Position numbers and translations under genes: made by a program | From: Candidatus Saccharimonadales bacterium | GTDB lineage: Bacteria; Patescibacteriota; Saccharimonadia; Saccharimonadales; JAUPVS01 | Assembly (NCBI GenBank): GCA_039935435.1 | Contig: JBDTKG010000102.1 | Location: 1-26,966, forward strand | Reading direction: 5' to 3' | DNA: 26,966 bases | Notes under the pieces: model-generated | Databases searched by the model: none | Told to the model about the DNA's origin: nothing | The model's input: only the letters and a program-made list of their open reading frames with translations | In this document: piece after piece, positions 26,230 through 26,966 of the stretch | Position numbering within the stretch: position 1 is the stretch's first letter | How the letters are laid out: each line of letters starts with the position of its first letter

Positions 26230-26300
26230 ATACACACTATAGCAAACGAGGCATCTAGGTCTAGAACCAAATAACTCCTTAGGATTCTTCTACAAAATAA

Positions 26301-26326
26301 AACGCTGCCTTTTCAATAGCAGCGTT
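26301..26326. terminator. Terminator-like hairpin
   Basis: AACGCTGC / GCAGCGTT 8-bp stem. Confidence 0.5.
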
Positions 26327-26392
26327 ATCGAGTTAGTTGTGTGATTGTGACCTCTTGTCATGAACCATTCGGGTCACCTTTGGTGCAATGCT

Positions 26393-26553
26393 TGGTTAAG
26401 GTGGAGGGATATCGCCGCCTGCGCGGCTCCTCCGCTCAAGCTTTCTCGGAGTAAACTCCTGCGAGAGCTTTCGCTCCGCCGAACCCCAAACGGGCTTCAA
26501 GCCTTTCACCTGGGATACTAAAAAGACCACACAAATGCGTGATCGTTTTAGTA
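26393..26553. repeat. Structured element downstream of tRNA-Gln, ending in a degenerate copy of the tRNA 3' end
   Basis: 26393-26410 matches 26554-26571 at 16/18 nt. Internal hairpins include GGAG-TAAA-CTCC and ATACTAAAA/TTTTAGTAT. Confidence 0.6.
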
Positions 26554-26627
26554 TGGCTAGGGTGGAGGGATTCGAACCCCCGATCCTGGGACCAGAACCC
26601 AGTGCCTTACCACTTGGCCACACCCTA
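26554..26627 (-). tRNA. tRNA-Gln(CTG)
   Basis: 74-nt cloverleaf, anticodon arm CTGGG-TTCTGGT-CCCAG, TTCGAAT T-loop, CCA. Confidence 0.97.
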
Positions 26628-26756
26628 CCGGTAGCTTTGCCACGTCAACTTTTGCGGCAGTTAACAGATTGGATTATACCTAAAAAAGTCCATTTGAGCT
26701 AGTCCGCCGCTACACTATGGCCTAGCCTCAGCTGGCTGTAGTAGAATGGGAGCAGT

Positions 26757-26966
26757 TTGAAACAGTATATATTTAGGTTTATCGGGGTGGTAGGCACCAT
26801 CTTTGTGGTTGTCTCTTTTTTGCGCGACCCTAATTTTCCGACGCCCGATATCCTAATTGTACTGGCCACTTTTGTGTTTATGATATTCGGCCAAGCCAAG
26901 GAGATGCTCAAGCACTTGCTACCCTTTGTGGTCCTGCTATTAGCTTATGACTCTTTCCGCAGCCTG
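26757..26966 (+). CDS. PAP2/IPC-synthase-like paralog, 5' part only, runs off the window end (not in the ORF track)
   Basis: Open frame from TTG 26757. RDPNF...DSFRSL is 47/48 aa identical to the 22882-23025 segment of the pseudogene. Confidence 0.85.
   Translation, partial: MKQYIFRFIGVVGTIFVVVSFLRDPNFPTPDILIVLATFVFMIFGQAKEMLKHLLPFVVLLLAYDSFRSL

Noticed and set aside
26396-26911. ORFs 26396-26623 and 26699-26911 (minus)
   Set aside because: The first spans tRNA-Gln. The second is antisense to the real plus-strand PAP2 paralog.
1-26966. Second VR or remote DGR target in the window
   Set aside because: By eye, the TR constant segments (GACTCGGTTGTCGGG, GGCGTTGGTCTCTCGGTG) occur only in VR and TR. 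A computational search is still advisable.
1-26966. Prophage or integrase, and alternative genetic code 25
   Set aside because: No recombinase, terminase or structural gene motifs were seen. Conserved genes are full length under code 11, with no in-frame TGA needed.

Overview
A bacterial chromosomal window, most likely from a Patescibacteria/CPR genome. Saccharibacteria-like placement is inferred from the rpmF-nusB-NUDIX-rnc-rpsP-KH-trmD order, a Cys-free bL32 and a short Mur ligase. Housekeeping genes (murF-like, class IV aminotransferase, leuS, rpmF, nusB, rnc, rpsP, khpA, trmD) and four minus-strand tRNAs (Gly-GCC, Phe-GAA, Ala-GGC, Gln-CTG) alternate with accessory blocks. The main system is a complete diversity-generating retroelement (DGR): RT 5035-5994 (+), target gene 6052-6846 (+) with VR 6712-6822, TR 7059-7169 (+) and avd 7195-7536 on the opposite strand. 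VR and TR differ at 15 of 111 nt, all at TR adenines. The DGR plus a DUF2188-like gene is bracketed by a degenerate ~54-bp direct repeat with a palindromic core (4961-5013 / 7849-7902) next to the tRNA-Phe 3' end. Other features: a two-gene Pycsar-like antiphage system downstream of tRNA-Gly, a sigma70-region-4/alphaCTD-like fusion protein, a solo PIN gene with an upstream small ORF, a broken PAP2-family gene with a diverged paralog at the window end, structured elements after tRNAs, and many apparently leaderless genes. All calls come from reading the sequence by eye; no searches were run.
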